Positions 1 to 12,735 of a stretch of 64,000 bases of DNA are shown piece after piece. The notes under the pieces were generated by a model, which saw nothing but the letters and a program-made list of their open reading frames with translations, had not been told where the DNA came from and did not search any database. Location: the NCBI GenBank assembly GCA_964016885.1, contig OZ024740.1, positions 381,920,001 to 381,984,000 of the forward strand. The letters are read 5' to 3'. This DNA comes from Eledone cirrhosa (taxonomy: Eukaryota). Positions within the stretch are counted from its first letter, which is position 1, and every line of letters starts with the position of its first letter. A program made the translations under genes and the position numbers.

Positions 1-31
<31 letters not shown>

Positions 32-53
32 GCGCGCACACACACACATATAC

Positions 54-125
<72 letters not shown>

Positions 126-585
126 CACCCTCTCACTTGTTCTCTCTCTTCGGGTGAGAGAGAATCATAATGTGTATGGATTCGCCAATAAGCGTTTGTG
201 AACGGAAATATGGGAAGGTTTTAAAAAGTACGGAGAAAGGAAGACAGGAAAATAGTAAAGAATAATACGTATTGAAGAGAAATGATTGCTTTTTCCACAG
301 ACAGGCACATGTAGACTTTGCAATCATTTTCTCTCGATTCTTCCCTATATTTTTCATTTGTTCTGCTCGTCATACTGTAACCTAAATTCTACTTATCCAT
401 ACAGACGGTAATAGACGACAACAGATACATGAACATATAGAGAAATACATAGATATAAAAATTCATAAATAGAATCATGATAGGTGAATATATATATATA
501 TATATATAGGTACATGGATGTATATGGATGAGAAGATATACGGATACGTATTTATTTGCCTCACCCTCTCACCCCCGCTCTCTCT

Positions 586-643
<58 letters not shown>

Positions 644-1120
644 GTGGATAAATAGCTAGATAGATAGATAAATTGAGTGACGGATATATATAGAGATAGC
701 TCTTACGATAAAACCAGAATGAAGAGACAACAAATGAAGAAGGGGGAAACGTCGCGAAAATGAGAGAAATGAAATTTAATAGAAAATGAGAATGTGTTGG
801 TGGGAGAGAGGTACATATTAAAAAAAAATTGAAGCCTTCTATCTATGAGGTGGATCTACAGAGAAAAATGAAGACGTGAAATAAATCATAGATAAAAGAA
901 CTACATAAACAAGCAAACAAAATAATGAAAATCCTTAGTAAAATTGAAGAATGACTTTAGATAGATATAGGGAAAGATGTCTAGATAAATCTGAAGATAG
1001 ATACATAGATAACCATATACATGGATATGTATAAATACAAATATATAGCATAGATATACAGCCAGACACACACGCACAAAAACGTCACACAGTTATATAC
1101 ACGCACACGCACACACACAT

Positions 1121-1194
<74 letters not shown>

Positions 1195-3528
1195 GCACAC
1201 ACACACACATATATATATATATCAAGGGATAGCTTGATAGAGAAATATCAATGAAAATAATATGGGGTTATAATGAGAAACCGATTTAGGAAATAGTAAA
1301 ATGGTAAAGAGAAAGATTGGGATAAATTATACATAATCTAAAAGTGTGAGAGACAGGCGGAGAGTTTACATAATAAGGAACCGGAACCAAGTAGACACAT
1401 TGATAATATGAAATACAAAACCACATAAAAGGTGATAAGGCACCAGAAATTTAGAAGGTGTTGTTTCATATATATATGTGATACTATCATCTCTTTAGGA
1501 CATCAACCAGATCTGTATCCGATTAATCTAAAGTATAAATTGTACAGATTTTTTACTTATTCCCTGCTTCCTTTCTCTTTGATAAACAGAAGGCAGGTGC
1601 GTTTCCTTTATGTCCACTTCAATATCAATAGCATATATGTTTTCTTTTCTAGAACTGCAATGGGAATAGTGTTATATAACTATTCTGTTATATATAGGTT
1701 ATTTACGTGTCTAGTTCAGGTAAATATCACCCAGTCAACTAGCAGAGCTCTGTTTATCTGTGTCTCGCTAGATTTTGATTTCAAAACGCATCACGCTCGT
1801 ACAAAAGTGTATGACAATGACCTTTTAGCAACCAGCCAGCGAGCCTCTATGTATCCGCTGGAATTGCTAAATACATCGGAAAGCTTTCTCTGAAATCTCA
1901 ATGAAATTATATTTAAAAGAGACACTTTGAACGGTGCAGTACAAGATACACTGTCTAGATTAAGGCATGTATGGCTATGACAGGTATAAATATGATTTTC
2001 ACCATTTCTTGGTCGATAAAAATATAGTCAATTGGTATAATATTCAGTCAATTAAATTCATCATTTATATTTTATCGTACTAATAAATATTTATGTAAAC
2101 AAAAAAGGTGACTGTCAATATTGTAGAGATCCTAACTATTGTGATACATTTATAATTTACGATGGAAATAGTTGATGAGTTCCTATTGCGGATTATGGCG
2201 TCATTTAAATACGATTTTAATGGCATGCACATCATAAGCACACTTTTGCATGGATTTGAGAAAAATGGCACTATTTTCATCAGGTACATCTTGCTCAACT
2301 GTCGGAAGCACACAGCACTGAGTACTTAGTGAAATGGAATGGATATATATTTATTTATCTATTTATTTATATATTTATATATCGCAGTGAAACAGTAGAA
2401 GACGAGTGAACTTGTAATAATCTGAATTGGTAAAAAATGACGCAATTTTTGAAAGTGGAATATATTTTATGTCATGTTATATTCTACCGTTTGAACTTTG
2501 CACATTATATTTGAAAAAATTGCAATTTTCTTCTATATTTGTCTTCTTCATATCACGTTGAAGGATGCAAATGGCAGGATGTGGAGAGCAATGGATAAAA
2601 TGCTGTTTACTGGGGATAACATTAGTAATGTTATCAGATATTCCTGGACTCGACATTATCTATCACTTTTCTGGGACCAAAGAAAAATATATACCGATGA
2701 TCAACAATGGCATGCCTATACGTTTATGGTTCTATGCCAAGGCAATTAATCAATTTTTATATAGTACTTACTGCTGCCTACATTTTAAAGAAACATTTCT
2801 TTAATAAATAGAGTCGGAAACAAATGAACAACCTAAAAGAAGAAAAAGGAAAAAATCAAAAAGAAATTACTGATATATATTTAAAAAAAAAAAAATAATG
2901 TAAATGAAAAGTTTATAAGGATAAAATATACAGTGATTGAATTATGACAAAGTACATTAACGAAAAATTTCAAAGGTGAAAAAATAAATGCATGATGTAA
3001 ACATTCAGAATGAGAGAGGGTGCAGAGTGTAGGAGAAAGATAAAGAGAGTGAGTGAGAGAGAAGGAGTAAATAAGAGAGAGAAAGTAAGTGAGAGAAAGA
3101 GAAATGGGTGTGGAGTGTGAGAAAATATAGGTCGATATAGTAGAAGGCTTTCTGACAAATATGACAGATTCTATTACCATATGCCACTGCAAAATAGCAG
3201 TACAGCAAAGAGATGTCTATAACTTCGGGGGAAATCTGACAGTGATAGTTGAATGTTTCTTCAAGGGAGTGCACCGAGGTGATCTGAAAGCACCTTGCAT
3301 TGGTTTTGTATTTTCTGTTTAGTTTTTAAATATTTATTTATTTATTAACTTATTTATTTATTTAAATTTCTTGAATGGATGTATGTCATTAACTAGTTGC
3401 TTTTCTTCGCATATGCGGAAACTATAATTAATCTTTGGCATACGTACCTGCATTCTGATGCATAGATACACACACACAAACACAGAAACACACACATATA
3501 CATATATATATATATATATTGACACACG

Positions 3529-3578
<50 letters not shown>

Positions 3579-3586
3579 TATACATG

Positions 3587-3670
<84 letters not shown>

Positions 3671-4830
3671 CATATATACATGCATAAATGCATACATACA
3701 TACATGCTTACATACTTATGAGGCATGATGTAGTAGTAAAGCAGTATACAATATAATCCATCCAAAGAAAGGATAGTCTTGAGAATAAACGTAGAAAGTT
3801 ACTGCGATGAAGAAGATATATGAATACATAACATAAAACTTTACGGGTGGAATGTTCCATTCAACCCACACAGCCGAAAAATGTAAACATAACAGACCAG
3901 ACAAAGTGATATAGGAGAGAGAAAAAAGGTCTAAAAAGCTGCCGAGCAGATGTCAGTAAAATGTTAAAAATTAGAGATAAACAGAATATGTATGCTTTCG
4001 CAATGAAAAATCAGCAGATACTCTAGCTCAAAGGTTATCAACCTATTTCGGCAAAACGCCTCCTTTTACCCTCGAAATCACGAAACGCCCCACCCCTACC
4101 CTATTTTTCCATTTTTAAATATACTACTGATTTTGATATCAGTAGACAACTGGGCCAAATCAAGTTATGTTAGAATCTTTAAAAAATACTCGTACCAAAT
4201 AAATACAAAAATGTTTCAGTCCAAAACAAAAGCAAAATATTTCAAATTATATATCTTTGAAAAATAGACGTGAATGTTCTCAAAGATTTGATCTCAGTCG
4301 AAAAAGGTTTTTTTTTTTAAATTCTATATTTCACTGTTAGCTGTTGTAATATTTTGAGTGGATAGACAATTCTACAATTCAAACTGTAAAGTCAAAATAC
4401 AAAAGATGCTAAATATGAAGAATGTCTTACCTTTCTCTGAAATCACAAACTGGGGGTGGGGTGGGGGTGGGGAGAATATTACCTTGCAGAATAAAATACC
4501 TCATAGCAAAATAAAATACTTAGTAGAAACGAATGAATCGAGAAGCTTGGTGACAGTGAGAAAGAAATATCTGTATTCCTTATATATATATAATCATAGA
4601 TAGACACACACACACATACATATAAACGCGCACGCACACACACACACAGACAAACACACACACATACACCGACACGTATATATACATACACACACACAAA
4701 CGTATGTGTGTGTGTGTGCCTTGGTTTTGGTACAGAAAGAATTTTGTCTCCAGCTTTTATTGCCAGGTCAAAGCCCACTGCTCTTTTTAACAACGCCAAA
4801 TAACAACGCCATAAATAAATAAATAAATAA

Positions 4831-5862
4831 ATATTCATCATCTATATTAATGACATCACTGACATCATCAAACACAGCAACATTAAAATTTTCGCTGATG
4901 ATTCCAAGATCCAAAAGGTCATCAATGGCGTGGATGACCGGATAAGCCTTCAGTCAGACCTACTGGCTGTTACCCAATGGGCAGAAAAGAACAACATGTT
5001 ACTGAACGAAGACAAATTCGAACTGATCCACTTTGGAAAAGAGGATGCTCTGAAACTCCCGTACTCCCTTCCCTCCGGGGAAACTCTCGTGGCATCTAAC
5101 AACATCAGAGACTTGGGAGTAACCGTGGACAGCAACATAAGCTGGACCACGCATATAAGCAGCAAAGTTGACATGGCCCGCAGAATGTGTTCCTGGATCC
5201 TCAGAACCTTCCAGTCGAGAGATTCCCGCACCATTATCCTTCTCTTCTCTACTTTTGCCCGACCACACCTTGAATACTGTTGTCCACTGTGGTCTCCCCA
5301 CACGAAACAAAGTATCATGAAACTTGAAGCTCCTCAAAGGGCAATCACGAAAAAGATAGATGGCATGTCAGACCTTGACTACTGGGGTCGATTAGAAAAC
5401 CTGAAACTTTACTCACTCCAACGTCGCCGTGAGCGTTATATTATCTGCATGATGTGGAAAATGTTCCATCATCACTGCCCAAATGATGTTGGCATCGCCT
5501 TCAAGATACACCCAAGGCTTGGGCCCCGTGCTATCCGTCCCATTCAAAAATCTAAATCGCAACTCATAACAACAATACGGCACAATTATTTCACCTCAAT
5601 CGGCCCTGCTCTCTTCAACATCACACCAGGACACGTCAAAACAGAAACTGACCACACAAAATTCAAGAAGTCTTTGGACAAATTCCTCCAAGTAATCCCG
5701 GACAAACCACCCACACCCGGATATGTCTCCGCAAACAGTAATTCTCTTCTCGAATGGGCCATGGTGCCCAAATCCTGAATTGAAAGACTTCGCCAGGTGG
5801 TGCTATTAAGTTAGACATGGCCTGGGCCAATACTGGCCAAAACATTTCAAAGTTATTCAAAG

Positions 5863-5865
<3 letters not shown>
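4831..5865 (+). mobile_element. 5'-truncated CR1/L2-group LINE: RT C-terminal half, short 3' UTR and tandem-repeat tail
   Basis: The frame is open from 4831 (IFIIYINDITDIIKHSNIKIFADDSK, RT FADD motif) to the stop at 5778, and contains RDLGV..DS.ISW..HI, RPHLEYCCPLWSP and LYSLQRRRERY. The tail (TTCAAAGTTA)x2 at 5846-5865 runs into (TA)n. Confidence 0.9.
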
Positions 5866-5948
<83 letters not shown>

Positions 5949-5951
5949 CGA

Positions 5952-6009
5952 ATACCTGATGATATCACCGGATTCATACGGAACCGGGTCATTGAAATGA
6001 TCATAGTAT
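5952..6009 (+). ncRNA. Type I hammerhead ribozyme motif with minimal palindromic helix III
   Basis: atac-CTGATGA-[t..accgg..ccgggt..t]-GAAA-tgatca-TA-gtat. Helix I is atac/gtat, the predicted site is AUA, and AATAAA follows. Confidence 0.8.
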
Positions 6010-6303
6010 AATAAACCTTTCAAGGATTTACACAAGTCCAGCTCCTGTTATTTTATTATAATATTTAACTCCGTTCTCGCACCACCAACTACACAAACGA
6101 AGACGGTTGAGCTGCTTTACGTTGAGTTCTCTCCATATTATTACATCAAGATTGACCATACGGAATGACCAGCTCTATCCAGTGGTGTACCTTCAAACCT
6201 ATATATATATATATATATATATATATGTCTGTCCACCCTCTTTCTATCTTTATTTATATATATATATATATATATATGTCTGTCCCACTCACTTTCTCTC
6301 TTC

Positions 6304-6390
<87 letters not shown>

Positions 6391-6540
6391 AAGAATTAAA
6401 ATACTAGAATGTGTTGGAGTTACACACCCTCTTCGTATTATAGAAATGACAGTAAAAGTATAGCTCAATGTAATTAAACAGAGCCAAAGAATTATGAAAA
6501 TAAACCAAAGAAGCCTTCAATACATCAACAGTCTTTATTA

Positions 6541-6578
6541 GCCAACAATGTTTCGACCTATTAAGGACTCATCAGGGC
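6541..6578 (-). ncRNA. Type I hammerhead ribozyme motif
   Basis: The minus strand reads gcc-CTGATGA-gtcct taat aggtc-GAAA-cattg-TT-ggc, followed by taataaa. Confidence 0.75.
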
Positions 6579-8320
6579 AATTAAAGCTATAAGAAGCACT
6601 ATCGGCCAATACAAGCCAAAAAACTCAGAAGAATATGGAGTGTACAAACAATAAGTATAGGAAAATATCAAGTAAAAATTGCTAAGGAAGTGAATTACAT
6701 TTTGAACCATATTACAAATATAGTCCAATGCAAAAACTAAAGCTAAACAAAGGTGGTAATATAGAGAGGGAATTATTGCACTATATATAATATAATATAA
6801 TATAATTGATAATAATAATAATAATATTAAAAGGCCCAATATACATATATATATATATATACATATGTACGCACATATACATATATATCAATACACATTT
6901 CCATCAATTCAAGCACAAACTAACCCTTATTAAGAGTTTATATATAAATAATAATAATAATAAGAAGAAGAATAAAAATAAAGATAAAAATAAAGATAAA
7001 AATATAATACATATATTATTTACAGTATAAAATGAAGAATAAATGAAGAATAAATGATTAAAAGTAAACATATAATATATAATAAAACTATATAATTATA
7101 TAATAGATAATCTCCGGTTAATTTGCACAAACAATATAATATAAATGTTACAATAACACTATAATAACAATGTTATAATATAATGGCACATAACTTAACA
7201 AATCATATAGAGTTACAGACCGGGTGAGAACAAATATTGTACAGAACTAAATTATGTTGGAAAAATTTAATTTGGAAAAATATCAAAACCATTGCAAGAA
7301 AAACAGATGGAGGTCAAATTTCTATACAATTGGTGTAAATAGATATTATCCAAACATTACACAAATTATAAAAATACAAACATATTACAGAATTTATAAA
7401 ATTTAACATAACATAATGGTACATTTAATAATCGGTAAATAATAAAGATCAGTAGTACGTTTACAAAGAGTGGAATGATATAAAACTTCAATATAAAATA
7501 TTGAACATAGTATAATATACATAATTACATGGTTTGTGGACAGACATTTGTGAATAAGTGAATGAGAACCAGACAGAAAACAACGCACGGTAGTATAAAT
7601 ATATAAATAAAATCAACCGGAAATCGAAAAACAAAAACAAAAGTTTTTAATTAGGTGTCACATGCAGTTAAGTAAAAAATTTAGGAAACAAACCCGAATA
7701 AATGACTAGAAAACCACATTAAATTAATTAATATTGAAAGTATCTAAAATACATAATAAGTCAATACAAAATTAACTATGGTTTAAGTAATCAAAATCCC
7801 TAAATTTAAGATATGACTATAAAAACATCTGGAGAAGAATGAAATATTCAACTATCAGTTGAATAACGTTATCTACTAAACAGACTTTAAATAGAATTAT
7901 GGTAGGCCAATGGGGACAGAAAAAAGAAATGCATGTGGGATACGAAGGAGCATAAAATCATAATCAATATACTGTATAATACAATAGAAAGGAGCAAAAA
8001 AGGGAATAGAGTATAATTATAGTATATTTGAAGGGGCGAATGACAAGTGTGTGTGTGTGGGGTGTGGGGTTAGTTATCCAAAGAAGAATCCAAATAAAAT
8101 AAAATAAAATAAAATAATATAAAATAAAATATATAATCAGATATAAACTCTTAATGTGTTAATAGTGAAAATATAATATTTAAGAAGATAGATATGGTAT
8201 GGTAGCCAAAAGACTATGAAAGCTAGAATGAAAAACTGTTAAAAACCAATAATAATAATGATGATAATGATGGTGGTAAACAAAATGAACCTAAACTAAA
8301 AAGATAAGGGAATATAGCAG

Positions 8321-8716
8321 CTAATGGATACAATTTACACTACTAGAACCTTTAGATTTATAATAAAAGTAAGAATTTGAAATGGCGTGGGGGCAAGAAG
8401 AGAATATCTCAGACTTTCTATTAAGTAAAGTTTCCCTAGAGAAAATTATAGAGTGGGTCTCAAGGATACAGAGATTACAAAATCTAGTATGTGTTGAAAG
8501 GTTATTAGAGCGTGCTACTATACGCTAATTAAGGCTATATGGTATATTAGCCCCCTTAAGATCCCAGATATGGTGTGCTAGAGAAGTAGAATTCTTAAAC
8601 TTAACATGTTTAAAATTAGAGATATGAGAATTAAACCTAGTCTTAAAAGTGTTAGATGTAGAGCCTATATATGTGCTATTAGAGGAATTCGTTTTAACTA
8701 CACAAGCATAAAAATA
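8321..8716 (-). pseudogene. PLE GIY-YIG endonuclease fragment with one premature stop
   Basis: Hand translation: YFYACVVKTNSSNSTYIGSTSNTFKTRFNSHISNFKH...STSLAHHIWDLKGANIPYSLN*RIV...CNLCILE...LNRKSEIFSSCPH. It is colinear with the 28375-28941 endonuclease, and the stop falls where that protein has W. Confidence 0.85.
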
Positions 8717-8787
8717 TATATATATAAAGGAAGAGAGAAAGAGGGTGGGACAGAGAGAATACGAAATGTGTGTGTGTTTGGTACACG

Positions 8788-8858
<71 letters not shown>
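8788..8858. repeat. (TCTA)n microsatellite
   Basis: Visible tetranucleotide array. Confidence 0.95.
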
Positions 8859-8862
8859 CCAA

Positions 8863-9267
8863 CAGGGGGCTCAAACATGCGGCCCGCGAACAACTTTTCT
8901 GTGGCCCGTGGTAGGACCAATATTTCATAATGCATTATAACAGGTGAAAATAAGGCGGTGAGCTGGTGGAATCGTTAGCACATCTGGCGAAATGCTTAAC
9001 GGTTTTTCTTCCGTTTTTAGGTTCTGAGTTCAAATTCCGCCGACCTCAACTTTGCCTTTCATCCTTTTGGGGTCAATGAATTAAGTACCAGTTGTGTAAT
9101 AGGAACGATGTAATCGACTGAACCCTAAACCTACAATTTCATGCTTTGTTCCTATAGTAGAAATGATTATAACTGGTGAAAATCTTCACCCACCACCACG
9201 TTTGGCCCACTGTGCCTCTTCTCCAGGACATAATGGCCTTTTTGTGTCCCTGAGTTTGAGACCCCTC
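8863..9267 (+). mobile_element. hAT-type MITE interrupted by a SINE
   Basis: Imperfect 14-bp TIRs CAGGGGGCTCAAAC (8863-8876) and GTTTGAGACCCCTC (9254-9267), subterminal GGCCC motifs, and degraded 8-bp flanks atctccaa/ttctacac. Confidence 0.65.
8952..9165 (+). mobile_element. tRNA-derived SINE with target-site duplication
   Basis: A-box-like GAGCTGGTGG, B-box GAGTTCAAATTCC and body ctttgcctttcatccttttggggtc. An 18-bp TSD attataac(a/t)ggtgaaaat lies at 8934-8951 and 9166-9183. Confidence 0.8.
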
Positions 9268-9299
9268 TTCTACACACACACACACTCACATATATACTT

Positions 9300-9559
9300 T
9301 ACTGTTTTTCTGTATCTGGACTACGCCCATGCTGGAGCAACACCTTGGTAACTTATGGGACGTCAACAAACCAACAAGCATTGGTGGGAGGGCAAACACA
9401 AACGCAAAGACACACACAGACATATATACATATATACATATATACGACGGGCTTCTTTTACTTTCGGTCTATGAAATCCACTCACAGAGCTTTGGTCGGC
9501 CCGGGCAGTGCGACTGAACCCGGAAATATGTGGTCGGGAAGAAAGCTTCTTGTCACACT

Positions 9560-9561
<2 letters not shown>
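9300..9561 (-). mobile_element. Degraded tRNA-derived SINE of a second family
   Basis: B-box-like GGGTTCAGTCGC on the minus strand near 9510-9521. The body resembles a SINE family I recall from cephalopod genomes. Confidence 0.55.
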
Positions 9562-9590
<29 letters not shown>

Positions 9591-9592
<2 letters not shown>

Positions 9593-10940
9593 CTATTAAT
9601 AATGAGTTCAAACCCCAGGCAGTCCTTTACAATGAAATAGCTCAAAGAAATATTTCCGAGCCGTGTAATACAAGTTAATATAAATGAATATATTTGATAA
9701 ATTTATATATTTGATGAATTAATATTTGATAAATTAATATATTTGATAAATTTATATTAACTTGTATTACACGGCTCGGAAATATTTCTTTGAGCTATTT
9801 CATTGTAAAGGACTGCCTGAGGTTTGAACTCATTATTAATAGTATCACTGCTCCTTACGTAGAGCTAAATTTAGCCCCATATAAACGGCTGTTATTTCTA
9901 GCAGCACGAGTATGGGGCAGCTAGACACTGGATAACCGTATGTGAAAAACCATGTGCGGTAAACAGTCTTTTTACATATTTTGAAGTGGAACATACCAAT
10001 TTTTCTGGCGCTTGCTGAGGAGATAGAAATGCGGTATTCTTCCACATTTTTCATTTTTCGAAACATATTTCGATTTTAAGGTTTAAACCTGTCTACGGAA
10101 CAGATTTGATTTTGAAATTTAAATTTGTCCAAGCACCCCGGCCATTTGCCAATATACTTTGATTTTATTGATTTATTATTTTAAATCAAGACAGGCAAAC
10201 TGTATTATTATAATTAGTATTTTTCAATCTAGCTAACTTTAGTCGTTTACAATACAAACACGGATATGTTGGTATTTGTGTTTATCAAATATATTAATTT
10301 ATATTAACTTGTATATATATATATATATACAAGTTAATATAAATTAATATATTTGATAAACACAAATACCAACATATCCGTGTTTGTATTGTAAACGACT
10401 AAAGTTAGCTAGAATGAAAAATACTAATTATAATAATACAGTTTGCCTGTCTCGATTTAAAATAATAAATCAATAAAATCAAAGCATATTGGCAAATGGC
10501 CGGGGTGCTTGAACAAATTTAAATTTCAAAATCAAATCTGTTCCGTAGACAGATTTAAACCTTAAAATCGAAATATGTTTCGAAAAATGAAAAATGTGGA
10601 AGAATACCGCATTTCTATCTCCTCAGCAAGCGCCAGAAAAATTGATATGTCCATTTCAAAATATGTAAAAAGACTGTTTAACGCACATGGTTTTTCACAT
10701 ACGGTTATCCAGTGTCTAGCTGCCCCATACTCGTGCTGCTAGAAATAACAGCCGTTTATATGGGGCTAAATTTAGCTCTACGTAAGGAGCAGTGATACTA
10801 TTAATAATGAGTTCAAACCTCAGGCAGTCCTTTACAATGAAATAGCTCAAAGAAATATTTCCGAGCCGTGTAATACAAGTTAATATAAATTTATCAAATA
10901 TATTAATTTATCAAATATTAATTTATCAAATATATAAATT
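9591..10940. repeat. Fold-back array of a 546-bp structured non-coding repeat (family X)
   Basis: Partial sense unit at 9591-9682, antisense unit at ~9750-10312, (TA)n centre at 10312-10329, sense unit at 10328-10890. The motif tacaagttaatata recurs at 10328 and 10874 (period 546). Confidence 0.9.
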
Positions 10941-10971
10941 TATATATATATATATATATATAAATATATAA

Positions 10972-11046
<75 letters not shown>

Positions 11047-11049
11047 TAG

Positions 11050-11584
11050 ATGAGATTCTACAGGACTAGAACTGTTTCATTCTTTATAAATCATCAGGAA
11101 TCTGGGAATCAAAAATTAAGTATGGTATTTATAGGTCTCTTCAAGTGGTAGGAGAGGGTAGGAAGTGGGATGGGTGTCGGTCATTGGTTGATAGAAAAGG
11201 GAATTCATTAAAAGCTAATTCTTCAAAGCTATAGTTTATTTTTAGAGTAACAAAGGCAGAAAGAATTCTATAAAAAAGTTCAGGATGGGGTGCCACTCCT
11301 TATTTTTACGTTTCTCTTAAGCTAACAGGTGTCTATAAGATCAGTGGGGGTCAGTCATGGTTGCTAGATTTAAAGGAAAGGGAGATTCTTTAAAAGCTAT
11401 ATTCTTTAAGGTTTACTAAGTGACAAAGGCCTAGAGAATTCTGTAGACAAATTCAAAATATTGAGTGCATATCATACTATTATCTTCAAATTTCTCTTAA
11501 ATTATTCAACTATATGCCAAAAATCAACAGATACATTCACAAACACACTCACTCCCACACTCACGCGCACCCACAAACACCCAC

Positions 11585-11590
<6 letters not shown>
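11050..11590 (-). mobile_element. PLE pseudo-LTR, family B, left arm of an inverted pair
   Basis: Reverse complement of ~13175-13716; carries an HHR. Confidence 0.8.
11053..11103 (-). ncRNA. Type I hammerhead ribozyme motif (family B)
   Basis: agattc-CTGATGA-tttataaagaat-GAAA-cag ttctagtc ctg-TA-gaatct; site GUA. Confidence 0.8.
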
Positions 11591-11635
<45 letters not shown>

Positions 11636-11814
11636 TATATATCTATATATATTGTTATACTTTGGGAGGGTCATGTTGCCAATAAGAAACACACGCACCA
11701 GTTGCTTTCACTTCAATTTATTATATATTTATAAATTTATAAATTTACAAATCTACAAACCTATAAATTTCTGGTTGGTTGGTTGGTTCCACAACCAGAT
11801 AGTTGTTTATATAT

Positions 11815-11859
11815 AGTCATAGTCCTTTTGTCACACACTCTGTGTCCTCTTCAGTGACT
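11815..11859 (-). ncRNA. Family A hammerhead motif, degenerate (GAAA changed to AAAA)
   Basis: agtca-CTGAAGA-G-gacaca gagtg tgtgac-AAAA-ggac-TA-tgact. Confidence 0.65.
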
Positions 11860-12063
11860 GGGGATTCCTTTCTTTGTTTCTGTGCCTTTGCTTTCTTCTG
11901 TCCTACGCCATTTTGTTTCTGTGTGTGTGTTGTGTGCTAAGTTTGCGCATGCGCCACATCCGGGTGTCTGTGTGTGTTTGTGTTCGTTTATCTATTTGTT
12001 TATTTATTTACATGTTGTTGGTTGGTTGTTTGTTCTATGTGTGTGTGTGTTTTCATTTTGTCC

Positions 12064-12735
12064 TTAATTGTAAGTTGTGATGTTGCTGTTCCACTCATAT
12101 TTTTTATTTAATTTTGGTTGTAATTCTTTTATGCTTACTGCCTCTGTAATTTGCCTAAACATTGCATCTTTTCTGTGTGTGGATTCTATGTTTATTTCTA
12201 TGTTCTCTAATTTACCCTTGTGTTCTATCTTAGCATGTTGGTAGAGTACAGATGATTCTTTATTATCTTGAAGGTCTCGCCAGTGTTCATTTATCCGTTC
12301 CCCTATACTACGAGCTGTCTCACCTATGTACACTATATTTTTGTTTCTACATTGTCCTTCAGTACATCTTATGCTATACACTACATTTCTAGTTTTACAG
12401 TTAATATGGGAGCTTATTTTACAGGTTATACATTTCTTATCTATACATGAGGGTCTTTGGAACGGGTATGTCTTGCTAATAAGTGTTTTTACGGAGGTAC
12501 CTGGTGTTTCTACTATCTTAATATTGAGTTTATGTTTATTTAGGGCCCTTCTAAATTTGTAGGCTAGTTCGCCTCTAGGGGTTGTATTGATGAACATTAC
12601 ACTCTGGTATTTATTGCTATCATACCATGAGTTTATTCTATTGGCCTTGTTCCTAGTTCTTTCTATTCTATTCCAAAATTTGCTCCTATACAAGGGGCAG
12701 GTCCCATTTATGTCATTATTGACCATTTTTCCCAT
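12064..12735 (-). CDS. PLE linker plus GIY-YIG endonuclease (truncated retroelement ORF)
   Basis: CIDKKCITC linker; NVVYSIRC..C..VYIGETARSIGERINEH; R..TEA..I...QPKLN. Confidence 0.9.
   Translation of the reverse strand: MGKMVNNDINGTCPLYRSKFWNRIERTRNKANRINSWYDSNKYQSVMFINTTPRGELAYKFRRALNKHKLNIKIVETPGTSVKTLISKTYPFQRPSCIDKKCITCKISSHINCKTRNVVYSIRCTEGQCRNKNIVYIGETARSIGERINEHWRDLQDNKESSVLYQHAKIEHKGKLENIEINIESTHRKDAMFRQITEAVSIKELQPKLNKKYEWNSNITTYN

Larger units (their letters stand above)
6390..8716 (-). mobile_element. 5'-truncated Penelope-like element: GIY-YIG remnant plus ~1.9 kb AT-rich 3' region ending in an HHR
   Basis: GIY-YIG frame at 8321-8716 and an HHR at 6541-6578 on the same strand, bounded by (TA)n. 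Linking the two into one element is inferred. Confidence 0.7.

Noticed and set aside
1432-1893. 153-aa ORF
   Set aside because: No recognisable domain, a non-ATG start, and composition typical of random AT-rich DNA.
10015-10040. CTGAGGA-gata-GAAA in family X
   Set aside because: There is no helix I or II, and it is not conserved in family Y.
10738-10753. gctagaaataacagc resembles the Cas9 sgRNA scaffold; repeats considered as a CRISPR array
   Set aside because: It is a short chance similarity in eukaryotic context, with no repeat-spacer array or cas genes.
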